Below are positions 9,815 to 22,834 of a DNA stretch of 32,000 nucleotides, in pieces (the stretch's first letter is position 1; each line of letters starts with the position of its first letter). The stretch is from assembly GCF_000195855.1 (NCBI RefSeq), contig NC_002677.1, forward strand, positions 360,001 to 392,000. The letters run 5' to 3'. The stretch is from Mycobacterium leprae TN (GTDB lineage Bacteria > Actinomycetota > Actinomycetes > Mycobacteriales > Mycobacteriaceae). The position numbers and the translations under genes are program-made. A model generated the notes under the pieces. The model searched no databases and was not told where the DNA came from. It was given only the letters and a program-made list of their open reading frames with translations.

Positions 9815-11090
9815 GCCGCAGGTTTGATGACCTGTTCAATCTCGTGTGTGACCCGGCGAACATTGTTGGTGGCGTTTGACTGGGTCACGGGCAACTATGG
9901 GGCGAATACTGCTGGTGTGGACGCCCGGACCGGAGCCCATGTTGAGGAAATCGTCGAGGTAGCGGGTTGTTGGACAATCTGCGGATCGAGTCGTTCAGGC
10001 TGCGTTGAAGCTGGTGTTGGAGCCTGTCGTCGAGGCCGCTTTCGAGCCGATCTCCCCTGGATTCCGCCCCCAAGCGGCGATCTCAGGGACACGATCGCCG
10101 AAATTCACCAATACAGCACTACAAGCTATCGGTGGGTGCTGTATGCAGACATTGAGGTGCGCTGTGACTCTATCTCACATTCTGCTCTGTTGGAGCGGAT
10201 GCTATTGCCAGTCAAGGATAAACGCGTACTTGGTCCTGGTGAAGGCGTTTTCTAAGGCCGGTGTGCTCACCGAGTCTGGTGAGCACCAGAACACTCACAC
10301 CGGAACGTCTCAGGGCAATATCTTGTCGCCGGTGCTGACCAACATCGCCTTGCCTGGGCTCGATGAGTATCGGATGCAGCCATGGAAACCGTGCGGCTCG
10401 ATGTCCACTGCTTACCTGCCTAGTCGGCGCCGCGTCACAGGCCTGCTGAGTACAACGCAGTCGTCCCGCGTAGCGGACGACTGCGTTGTACTCAGCACAT
10501 GGCGACCAGACACGCCAGAGGCCTGCAAAACGAAATAAACTCGATGCTTACGCCTCTAGGTCTGCAGCTGTCGACTGCAAAGACAAAGACCGCGCACTTC
10601 GGTAACTGGTATGGACTTTCGCGGCTTCCACACCGGGTGGACACCCAAGAAGGCAACGACCACGTGGGCATGTCTAGGACTTGTATCGCCGACCGGGCAC
10701 GACGGTCGGTCAAAGCCAAGATCCGTGCCCTGGCAAACAGGAAATCACAGCGCAATCCGGGGGCCGTGCTGGCACAGATCAACCATCGGTGGTTTCGAGC
10801 ACTGTATCGCCGGAGATGGAAAGACATTCGCCGGCAGTTCACCACCTCCGAAAAACGGTGAAAACCGATTGACGCAGAAGAGACCACCCTATTGAACCCG
10901 ACCTCGATACCGGTCACCCGGTACCGCTACCAAATCACCACAATACCCAACCCTTGGACCAGTATTCCCACCGCCTAACGGTAGTGACCATGAAAAGCCC
11001 GGTGCGCAAAGACGCGCACACCAGGATCGGCGACCAGTCTGGGAAACGGACCGAAAGTAATACACCCACACCGCGCCCCAGGCCTACTCA
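9815..11090 (+). pseudogene. group-II-intron-type reverse transcriptase/maturase, inactivated
   Basis: RT blocks appear in order across at least three frames. They are FDDLFNLVCDP / LLVAFDWVTGNYGANTAGVD, ADRVVQAALKLVLEPVVEAAFEPISPGFRP, YRWVLYADIEVRCDSISHSALL, VKAFSKAGVLTESGEHQNTHTGTSQGNILSPVLTNIAL, R-VADD-CVVL (YADD box at 10470-10481), LTPLGLQLSTAKTKTAHF, ADRARRSVKAKIRALANR and RWKDIRRQFTT. Apparent internal deletions lie between LDNLRI and ADRVVQ and in the X/thumb region. Confidence 0.8.
10444..10497. repeat. perfect 23-bp inverted repeat with an 8-nt spacer (hairpin/cruciform-capable)
   Basis: TGCTGAGTACAACGCAGTCGTCC (10444-10466), spacer cgcgtagc, GGACGACTGCGTTGTACTCAGCA (10475-10497). 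I checked every one of the 23 positions for complementarity by hand. Confidence 0.9.
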
Positions 11091-11135
11091 ACCCGCGGCC
11101 GCGATTATGCTCTAGCGTCGACAATGAAGCCCCAG

Positions 11136-11510
11136 ACCCAAGCAGCTGGATCACACCCAAACCGATTCTGCCACTACCTTCAAACTCGCCACCAAAACAC
11201 ACCCACACATACAGGCATGCCCCAATCTGCGACAACTACGCCAACCCACAAACCCCCAGCAGCCGATCCTGGCTACAGGATAACCAGCAAGCCACACTGC
11301 ACTTCACACCGACAAGCTGCTCATAGCTGACACATAACCAAAATCTTCTTCACCACCATCACCCGCCACAACACGTTCACCGATATCAACAACCTCGAAA
11401 CCGCGATCCCCACCTACAACGAACACACCACACCGTTCACCTGAACCCAGACCGCAGACACCCCCTCAACAAAATCAAACGTTAAAACAATCACCAACAC
11501 ACAACACTAG
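11136..11510 (+). mobile_element. IS630-family (DDE) transposase, C-terminal ~120 codons, inactivated
   Basis: CDNYANPQTPSSRSWLQDNQQATLHFTPTSCS*L matches LDNYxxHKxPxVxxWLxxxxxxxLHFTPTxxSWLN, with the W codon replaced by TAG at 11324-11326. After a frameshift, FFTTITRHNTFTDINNLETAIPTYNEHTTPFT*TQTAD matches F..I.R....RG.F.S...L...I..Y....N....PF.WTKTAD, with the W codon replaced by TGA at 11442-11444. The frame ends at TAG 11508-11510. Confidence 0.7.
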
Positions 11511-14205
11511 CGAACACATCAGACCTGACTTAACTCATGTTTGGCGACATTGACTAGCTGCAACGGTTTGACCTGATGGTTTGTGGTTGGGATCGGTTGC
11601 AAGAAAGCACCCCGTGTCACCATCGTTGAAACTGCTATGGGATGAAATGAATTCGGAGTGAACCAAATCGGGACCGCATTAACACGAAGATAACATCGCC
11701 ACCACGTGCCTTATCTAATCACACAGAACGTGGCTGTTCTCAACTTTTATCATCAGTATCTGTAATTATTTTACGCATCACTGGCGTCCACATAACACTG
11801 GGCTGAGAAAATGTTAATAAAGGCTTCTCTTGGGTAGTAGGGATACTAAATAATATCGTTAATTTGGTGTAGAGATAAGCAATCTAAATATATTTTAGAT
11901 AATGCTATTTGATTGTTTATGGATTTCGTACCGGGCTTCGATAATTTCTGCTAGATTATTCTAGGATGTTATCGACGGTGATCGTTAAGCGGATTGATTG
12001 GACTCGATCGATTAGGTAGTGTTGCTTGGGTGGCTAAGCTACGTCTGGTGTATCTACCCCCGAATCCAGCATCACGTACGTTGTATTTGACCGGGGAGAT
12101 CGCTTAGTGCGATCTGTGGTTTTCGTCGGTTGAAATGTCGGTGTTGCCCGGGCAAAAACCAAGCCGATGCGGTTACGGATTTTATCTGCATGCGAGAGGT
12201 TTTTGGTCTCCGTTGTCCGATGTGCCGGAAGTGACCTCATCATCGAGTTTGTCGAGAAGGGCAGGAACGAACGGAGAGGGTTGGTACGTATGGCAACCTC
12301 AGCAAGCCAGCGAACCTCGCCAACGAACGAGAGCTGGTCAGGTTGGTGAAAAACCTCATTAGGGTCGGTGGCCACCGAGCTACTGCTATGAGCGTTCACT
12401 GGGGAGACGATTCGTGCCACTTCCACCGACCCAGCTGTGGGACGCTTGCTAATTTATGATGTGCCGTGTGACGGCGAGTTGTTCGGCTCGTGTGGTTGTT
12501 TCCGGACGCAAGTGTGGTTGAAGAATCAAACAAGGCGTCACAATTTTCTATAACGCTACGGTACAGACAAGTCCGAATAGATTGCTGCATCGTTGTAGTT
12601 ATTCATATCGTGTAGGTGAGCGTGTTGCCCAAATCTGACCACAAAGGACGCCGTCGGTAGAGTGTCCACATTAGCTGCACTGCTCCGTTAGTTCGCAGGG
12701 TCCTTGAAAGGCACAGTAAGCCGATCAGCATTTCGCCGCATCGAGGCTAACGGAAGTTGGGGCGACCGCGATGTTCAACGATTACATGGAGATTCCCGCA
12801 TAGGTGGCGGTGATGGCCATTGCCTTGCCGATGCTGTATACGATCGTAACTCTAGACCCTAGAACCGGCAGGAACAGGACGCTGCGCAATTAGATTTGGG
12901 CGTGCACAAGCACTTATCTAGTGGGTGCACAGCACAATCAAGCATAGAAGCCTGAAGATATACGTGCAGAGATCAATCTTCCAAGAAGATGTCAGAGGTA
13001 CCACTCATCGCATAGTGCTATAGTGGTATTTTAAATAGATTGGGTCACTTTGGTCATGCACTGGTGATGCGAAAAAAGAAGGATTGCTATGGCAGTGACT
13101 ACAATGAGGCTCACCGCCATCGTCCGGCGAAGGCGAGAGACCGAAGTTTCCGGTGCAGCGTGACATGCGGTTTGTGCTGTAGGCGGTACACACGATGTCG
13201 ACCAGTGCGGCGGTGAGGATGGCCGAGTCTATCAGGCTAGCGAGACTGGGGATACTGCTCACGCGCCCCGATCCACTGGTAGAATATGGAGCACTGCACC
13301 TTCGAAGCCTATTGCTGAACAAACTATGGCTACTGTAACCGCCCACCGTTCCGAACTGTGAGGGTTTCTGATTGCTAGATTCAGTCGCCAGATCAACGTC
13401 ACGCTAGCGAGTGCACCAGCACTGCTGTGTACGTTATCGCGAACTGCACCTCGGGTCAGGCCCCGGTGACTAGAGTCGCAAAAAGAATTCTGATTTCAGT
13501 CTCGATTGTCGTCATCCATTCCTGATGATGACCGTATGTAGCGTGTTGAAAATAAGCATTTTACTATGCGATCGGCTTAGTGTTCTTCGTCGCTTTATGA
13601 TCAGCTACGGTCCAGGATACTTCGCACGAGGGATGGGATCGATACTCGACGCGAGCAGATGTAGTGCATAATTTTCGGATACGACCTGGTGGTTGCCAGC
13701 AAGCACATTGCCAAATTCGTGGTAGGCAATGTGGTACTGATGCACCTTGCTAGTCAGGAGGTGGTAAACTATGATATCGATATCGGAAGCAATTAGTATG
13801 GCCTCGAGAATTCTTCTACCGGAAGCTGTTCCGTACGCAGGCACATCGGCCTACTCCACTGCTGTGTCAACGTCTTGGCTAGCTGAGTCACTGTGAACCT
13901 ATTCGCCAAGTTAGCTCGGTTAGTTTGTCAGTTGCGCAGCTTTTCACAGACGGTTAGTCAACAAAAGTATAACCGTAGTCTTGGCGACGTCTTCGGCTAA
14001 GCCTCGGTACGTAACCTCGACTGTTTGACCGTCGCGTACCATCGGCGTGTGCATCGAGTTGATTGAGTCTAGTTGAGTACCAACGTAACCGAATGCTGTT
14101 ACTTTCTCTGTATTTCGGATTCACGTCTCCCAAGTTACATTCGAGATTGGTTTTTACTAAATTGCAGTTCGCTGAGTCTGCGCTTTTCAAATACCGGCGA
14201 TGATG

Positions 14206-15330
14206 TTAAGCTCGGTTCCCTGGTAGGGTAAGCGTCCTGCGGTAGTGAAATCCGTAACACCAGATAATTGTATCCCCGCGGTCGATTACGCAAATACCCG
14301 GCCAGCGCATATAGAGCTGGTTGAGCACGGCCGCCGCTGCGGTATGGGGTGCGGGTCGGGTTGGTTCGAGCTCGTCGGTACAGTTAAATCTTTGTGGATC
14401 ATGGTTAGCCGATGCAAGATATAACCGTACCGTCTGTCCAGCGACGACTGTATGCTGACCGATCTCAACATCGGTGACTGCGAAGCGCGGTCCAGCCAAC
14501 CCTGGTGGTGAGAGAAAGCACAATAGTGCGTCGACCGCTGAGGTCTGGTCGGAGCCGAAGTAAAGAGTTTTAGAGTTGCTCATGCCTACTCGACAACGTC
14601 AGCACCGACCCAGTCAGCAAGTCTATGAGCACTTTAAGTACCAAACAAAGAGCAGTTAGAACAGCAGCCTGGCCAGTTCGTTGGCTTTAACACTACTGGC
14701 TGCGATCAACCGGGTGAGCAGAGTCTGGGTCGCTACCCCTAGTGGCTGTCAAGTCCAATAATTTACTGCATGCTAGCTAACGTGTCTCATGCTCGCGGCA
14801 GCCCTGGCCGGGTGCATCGTTGAATTCGCCCGTGCTAGTGATCGATCGCGAGCGTCATCAGGCAGTCCAAGCAGCTCGCCGAGTATGACAGCCAGTAGCA
14901 GAATAGCGATGCGGTCAACGAAGTAGAACTCGCAGACCTCCTGGAGTTGACACATTATTAAGATCAATCAACTGCGAAGCCTGAGCAGTCGATTCGTCCC
15001 GTCGTCGCAGAGCCAGCTTGGCTACCAGCCGTCGCCGCAGACATACGATATCATCGGCATCACTAGTTGGAAAAATATCCAGCGGGGTTGGCATGGCTAA
15101 ACTCCGATAATCGAACCGGTCTGTGAACCGCATCCCGGTGTCAGCGGTTAGGTTTCCGACAACGGCGACGAAAGCTTCCGTGCGAACTCCTGGTCAAAGA
15201 TGTCGAGTGCGCTACTAGCGCACACACATCACATGTACAGCCTATACCGTCCTTGCAGCAACGTGGAAACCTGGCTAGCGTAACATGAGGTACCGGCTGG
15301 AATCCATTGCGACTGTCAAGGGACTTGAAC
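14206..15330 (-). pseudogene. cytochrome P450, inactivated
   Basis: Minus-strand pieces give PTPLDIFPTSDADDIVCLRRRLV (compare ..D.P.H.R.RRLV), VDRIAILLLAVILGELLGLPDDARD (compare ..P..VI.ELLG.P..D) and FAVTDVEIGQHTVVAGQTVRLYLASANHDPQRFNCTDELEPTRPAPHTA (compare EDVEIGG..I.AG..V.L...ANRDP..F.DPD.FD..R....H.AFG). The FGxGxHxCxG heme-thiolate loop is missing: the text runs HTA-AAAVLNQLYMRWPG with no Cys. Stops separate the pieces. The 5' limit is approximate. Confidence 0.65.
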
Positions 15331-15442
15331 TTAACTGGATCCTATGCTAAATAAGCATGTTGCCGAAATTGAAGTGCTGGGCATCAGTTGGCGTTCATGA
15401 GTAGCTACTGCCATAGTGATTATGACTTGAAATCGTTTGCGC

Positions 15443-15895
15443 TCAAGTTGTTCTAGCCGTGTCTGCCATCAGTTCGTTCGAGAGCTTCACGCTTGACGAG
15501 CTTGTCGATAATGTCGCTGACGGTTCCTGAACTCGTCTGGCGATGGTTCGCCGCATACAAAGCGATATTGCTAACCCCCATATTGCACACTGCTCCAAGC
15601 AGTTCCAGTTCTGTTTGGATCTGCTTACTCGGGTCGTCATCAAAGAAGTAGGCAACCGGCACATCGAAAAATCAGCCAATGTCTGCAATGACGCTTCATC
15701 GGATTGTCTTCGCCTGGTCGTACACAACCTGCCATAGGTTATGTAGGCGAGAAGCTGTCTCCCGCAACCTCCTAGCACACCGCCGAAACCTCATTTATTA
15801 GTATGCTATTCCTCATTCGGTGCACGGACGATTTGGAAAAACTTATCGATCTTGTGGGCAAGCGTCACGGGAGGCTTCGAGCCGCCGGCAGTCAT
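15443..15895 (-). pseudogene. EspR-like XRE-family HTH regulator, inactivated
   Basis: MTAGGSKPPVTLAHKIDKFFQIVRAPNEE* (compare EspR TFAARLNRLFDTVYPPGRGP; stop at 15810-15808). Then LLAYITYGRLCTTRRRQSDEASLQTLADFSM (compare APYLSQLRSGNRTNPS...ALANFF). After a frameshift, PVAYFFDDDPSKQIQTELELLGA..MGVSNIALYAAN........SDIIDKLVKREALE (compare AAYFTDDEYYEKLDKELQWL...DGVRRIAQRAHGL....LDRIDELRRAEG). Confidence 0.55.
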
Positions 15896-17390
15896 GGGGC
15901 ACCTAAACTTCCCAATCGATGGATAAGATCGACGGGCTGGGTTTCCACCGCACAAAATCCACATGGCAATCTCCTCCTGAGCCTGATGGGCAGCTGGTAG
16001 CTCATGAAATCGTCACGTCATAACCTTTAGCTCTTCCGAGATCCCTGCCTTTACTGGCAACAATCTCTCCTACACGAGACCTGCCGAGCGCATACCCTTC
16101 TGCACGCCGGTAGCAACTCATGTTAAAGCGACAGCAGTCAATCCATGCTAGTTGGCAAAGCGGGCGATGCAGGCCGTATTAGGTAATGCCGTTGGTGTGG
16201 TGAACAACGGTGACAACATCGACCGGCCTGAATAAAAGCTTAGACACGACTTTTCAGATTGGAGTCGACAATACTCGACAACACCATAACGCGCCACGTC
16301 ACAGAAGATGTATCGGGCTTCGCGGCTATCGCGGAGGGCATCGTACACACCGTTTAGCATGAATTACGACACATTTGACCGCTGGGTAGACATCGAAGGT
16401 AATGAGTTGGGGTGCAAACTTCACGATCTTAGTGACGACTGTGCTGGATCGGTCTTGTCGCACTTAGTTTCATAGGGCGCTCAGTGCTGTTGTGCTCGTC
16501 GGCTATCTTGACATCGAACTCAACGTCCACGCAGGAGGCACTGGATATCTTGTGCGGCTCAAGCAATGCCGCTGGCTGCTAGCAGTTGGTGTTAATCCTC
16601 AACGGAAGACACGCATTGTGCTTGCCAGCATATTGTCTTATCTTTCAGCGAAGAGAAAATACTTAATTCCTTAATTTTTGCAAAAATTATGCGATGTTCG
16701 TCAATTTGCTATTAAACGACCTAGCTGATAGCCCGCTATGTAAAGCGGGTAGCTTTCATGTATAGACTTGGGCCAGTGTTGCTATGTGCTAATTGGTGAC
16801 CAATTGTACGGTTCTGTGATGTCAGTCCAGAGCCGTGCCTCTTAACGAAGAAGGCTCACAACAAGATACGATCGTGGCCGGATGTATAAAACGATATCAC
16901 ACTACGTAGGTTAAAGTACTGAACCTAGCTTCGATATAGTCATTCGAACGCGATCTATGTGGGGAGTGATGGCGCTCAATCAACGTAGTGAGGGAGCGTC
17001 ACGTCAAGGGTCTCGTGCCGCGTCTCTAGCCGGGTGTCGTCAATCGTGTAAGTGAGGTCGATTAGTAGTTCGCGGTGCCCAATACCGTGCTAGATTCAAT
17101 CCAATGTTTGGTCGGCCACTACGATCGTGTTGTGCACACCGCTCGAAGTGTCTACGAAACTGTGACGACTCGAAAACAACTCCTCAGAGTGCAATGCATG
17201 ATCGAGCAAATCCTCGATGTGTACACGATCGGCCGAATACTTTTGCTTGCTAGACCAACAGTTTTGTTGTAGACAACACCGCTCAATCGACAGCTGCCAT
17301 AGCGATGGCTAATCCTGGTCTGTACCTGCCGCGCATACTAACCACTGGAACACTGCGCTAGAATTTCGAATGGAGGGGAACAACAAAAAA

Positions 17391-17480
17391 CCACGCGGGA
17401 GCACACACCAAGTGCGCTGAGAGGACGGATCGGGGCCGTCGACCGTATGAACCTGACCGGGTAATGCCGGCGTAGGGAGA
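17391..17480 (+). promoter_or_regulatory. TPP (THI-box) riboswitch in the thiC leader
   Basis: CCACGCGGGAGC...GUGCGCUGAGAG...ACCGUAUGAACCUGACCGGGUAAUGCCGGCGUAGGGAGA contains the conserved CUGAGA and ACCUGAnCnGGnUAAUnCCnGCG(u/a)AGGGA elements. Its 3' GGGAGA doubles as the Shine-Dalgarno sequence 6 nt before the thiC ATG. Confidence 0.85.
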
Positions 17481-17483
17481 TGA

Positions 17484-19962
<2,479 letters not shown>

Positions 19963-19966
<4 letters not shown>

Positions 19967-20241
19967 TAACTCGAGCAAATCACCGACAGCAGGAAGAAGG
20001 AACCGCCGCCCCTGATAGCATTGTGGTCCTCACCCACGCCGCCGGAGAAATAGGGAATCATCACTGCTGCAACAAGTCTGCGACAAATGGGGGCGGGGCG
20101 GTTGGCTATATAACCTGGCAGAGCCAGCACACCCGCAGGGTGGCACTAGTGTCAAGTAGTCGACGAAGAAAGCCAGGGTGCGTGGGGCGTGTTGGCACAC
20201 TACCCGACGGGCCCTGTACCACGAATCGAACACCCCGTTAA
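19963..20241 (+). other. 92-codon ORF whose ATG overlaps the thiD stop (ATGA); possibly the stump of a lost downstream gene
   Basis: ATG 19963-19965 overlaps TGA 19964-19966. The product (MITRANHRQQEEGTAAPDSIVVLTHAAGEIGNHH...) has no motif I recognise. The C-terminal half is Arg/Ser/Gly-rich and looks non-genic. Confidence 0.25.
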
Positions 20242-20644
20242 GCGCTCGATCGCGTGCATCGCGGTCCAGCAGTTAACGGGATAAGGCCACCGATTACCGG
20301 GAGATGGCACGCTACCCGAGGCAGCACAGCAGTCATCAGAAACGGGGCGTATCCAAGTCTTTGCTTCCCAAGAGTGATCGTGACCAAAGGCTCCGAACTG
20401 TCCAACGCAGCAATTTAAAGCGGAGCACTGTGCTAGTGGCTCGGCCAATAGGTAGGCAGTGCCGGTGCCAGAAAAAGGTGACGTCGACAAGCTGCAGGTT
20501 GAGTCGTTCGGCTACCAAATGCGTTTAGTGCCGCGCTGATCAACCTAATCTACATGGCACGCCAGCAGCACGGGAAACGAATATTGGTACCATCCACCAT
20601 CGAACTACCCAGTGCAATATACCGGCTCACCTCCGGGAGGAAGT

Positions 20645-21647
<1,003 letters not shown>

Positions 21648-21654
21648 AAGACGA

Positions 21655-22677
21655 TCACGCTTGGGCTCCGACCGCGGCAAGTTCGAACATGATCTGCTCA
21701 GCTGTCCATGGTGCCAACAGAAATCCCGATCTGCCATGGCCGGCAGCTACCAGCGTACGGTTATCTAGGCGGTGCACAAGTGGCAGGTTATTCGGTGTCG
21801 TTGGGCGCAGTCCAGCCGCGCACTCAGCCAGCTCGTACTCGCCCAACGTTGGCAGCACGGCACACGCATCGTCAAGCAGATCACGCACGCCCGACACGAC
21901 CGGGGCGGTATCGTAACCGTGTTCGTACTGGGTGGCACCGACGACTACTCCGTCCGCACGCGGAACCAGGTACACCTGCCTGCCGTGCACATGGGCTCGA
22001 ATTAACCTCTTTAGCAATGACATACAACCATTTCGCCAGCGCAAACGCAGCACTTCCCCCTTGACCGGACGGACCGGCAGGCCGGGCCACAGCGCAGGAG
22101 CGCCAATGCCATTGGCAATCACTACCGCGTCTGCGTTGACACAGGACAGATCGTTGACCGGCGAGGCCCATCGCACCCCTAGACGCTCACAGTCCAAGCA
22201 CAGCCCGGCGAGCAAGGCCCGGTTGTCCACTGCTAGTTCGTTAGGCGCCCAGAAACCATGTCGGATGCCTTGTGCCAGTAGGGGTTCTATGTCGCGGGCA
22301 GCAGATTCCCAGATCACCGGGTGGCCTTGCGTGGACAACCAGTCCGCAACCGTGCGTAGGTCAGCGACATCAGCCTGGTCGACGGCCACCACCAGCGACT
22401 CACGCGCGGTAATAACCTCCGGAGCCAGCCTGTCGGTAAATCCACCTTCGTGCCACAGCCGTAGCGACCTCAGGCCCAGCTGCAACAACTGTTCCTCACC
22501 GGGCCGGCCTTCGCTGTGCGGGGCCAGCATGCCCCCGGCAACCCAGGACGCACCTTGCTCGTGGGTCCGGTGTACACGCACGGACCACCCGGCCTGCACT
22601 GCGCGGCGTGCCACCGATAGCCCGATGACGCCGCCGCCGATAACGGCCAGCGACCCCGCGGGTGGGCCTGACGGCAT
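21655..22677 (-). CDS. thiO: FAD-dependent glycine oxidase
   Basis: 340-aa ORF with the N-terminal dinucleotide fold LAVIGGGVIGLSVARR and a DAO-family body. It is first in the thiO-thiS-thiG order behind a TPP riboswitch. Confidence 0.9.
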   Translation of the reverse strand: MPSGPPAGSLAVIGGGVIGLSVARRAVQAGWSVRVHRTHEQGASWVAGGMLAPHSEGRPGEEQLLQLGLRSLRLWHEGGFTDRLAPEVITARESLVVAVDQADVADLRTVADWLSTQGHPVIWESAARDIEPLLAQGIRHGFWAPNELAVDNRALLAGLCLDCERLGVRWASPVNDLSCVNADAVVIANGIGAPALWPGLPVRPVKGEVLRLRWRNGCMSLLKRLIRAHVHGRQVYLVPRADGVVVGATQYEHGYDTAPVVSGVRDLLDDACAVLPTLGEYELAECAAGLRPTTPNNLPLVHRLDNRTLVAAGHGRSGFLLAPWTAEQIMFELAAVGAQA

Positions 22678-22683
22678 CTTGAA

Positions 22684-22798
22684 CCTCCCTTCGCCGGCAT
22701 GACCCGGATCAGGTGTGGGAGGGTAAGGGTAGGTTCAGTCACTCTGGCTGTGCCCACTCTCAGCCCCGCAGATTCGGACTGCCTGGGGACTCCCGTGT
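22684..22798 (-). promoter_or_regulatory. TPP (THI-box) riboswitch in the thiO leader
   Basis: The minus strand reads CACGGGAGUCCCC...GGGGCUGAGAGUGGG...ACCCUCCCACACCUGAUCCGGGUCAUGCCGGCGAAGGGAGG followed by uucaagAUG. The CUGAGA and CCUGAUCCGGnUnAUGCCGGCGAAGGGA elements are conserved, and GGGAGG acts as the SD for thiO. Confidence 0.8.
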
Positions 22799-22834
22799 AC
22801 TGAAGTTCTTCGAATCTTACGCTAGCGTCGCAGT

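Noticed and set aside
9815-11090. Reverse transcriptase as a live retron, group II intron or RT-based defence system
   Set aside because: At least three frames are needed to read it. Apparent internal deletions remove parts of the finger and thumb regions, the YADD box reads VADD, and no adjacent intact effector gene or structured ncRNA was evident. It is a wreck, not a working system.
11882-11900. Inverted repeat ATCTAAA-tatat-TTTAGAT in the most AT-rich stretch
   Set aside because: 7-bp arms in DNA of roughly 70% A+T are expected by chance.
13605-13844. 79-aa minus-strand ORF with YGTASGRRILEAILIASDIDIIV, reminiscent of the minimal nucleotidyltransferase motif GSxxxGxxxxxSD[IL]D[IL]xV. That raised the idea of an MNT/HEPN-type toxin-antitoxin or defence gene.
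   Set aside because: The same string fits a degenerate SDR TGxxxGxG/Rossmann start about equally well. The ORF is short, has no partner gene, and sits in decayed DNA. The evidence is insufficient to call either.
20626-20640. Palindrome CCTCCGGGAGG just downstream of the thiG stop, considered as a terminator
   Set aside because: It has a 5-bp stem with a 1-nt centre, which cannot form a hairpin loop. No U-tract follows on the transcribed strand.
21932-22702. 256-aa plus-strand ORF
   Set aside because: It lies entirely antisense to thiO and is Ser/Arg/Pro/Thr-rich shadow-frame text. thiO has clear family motifs and operon context.
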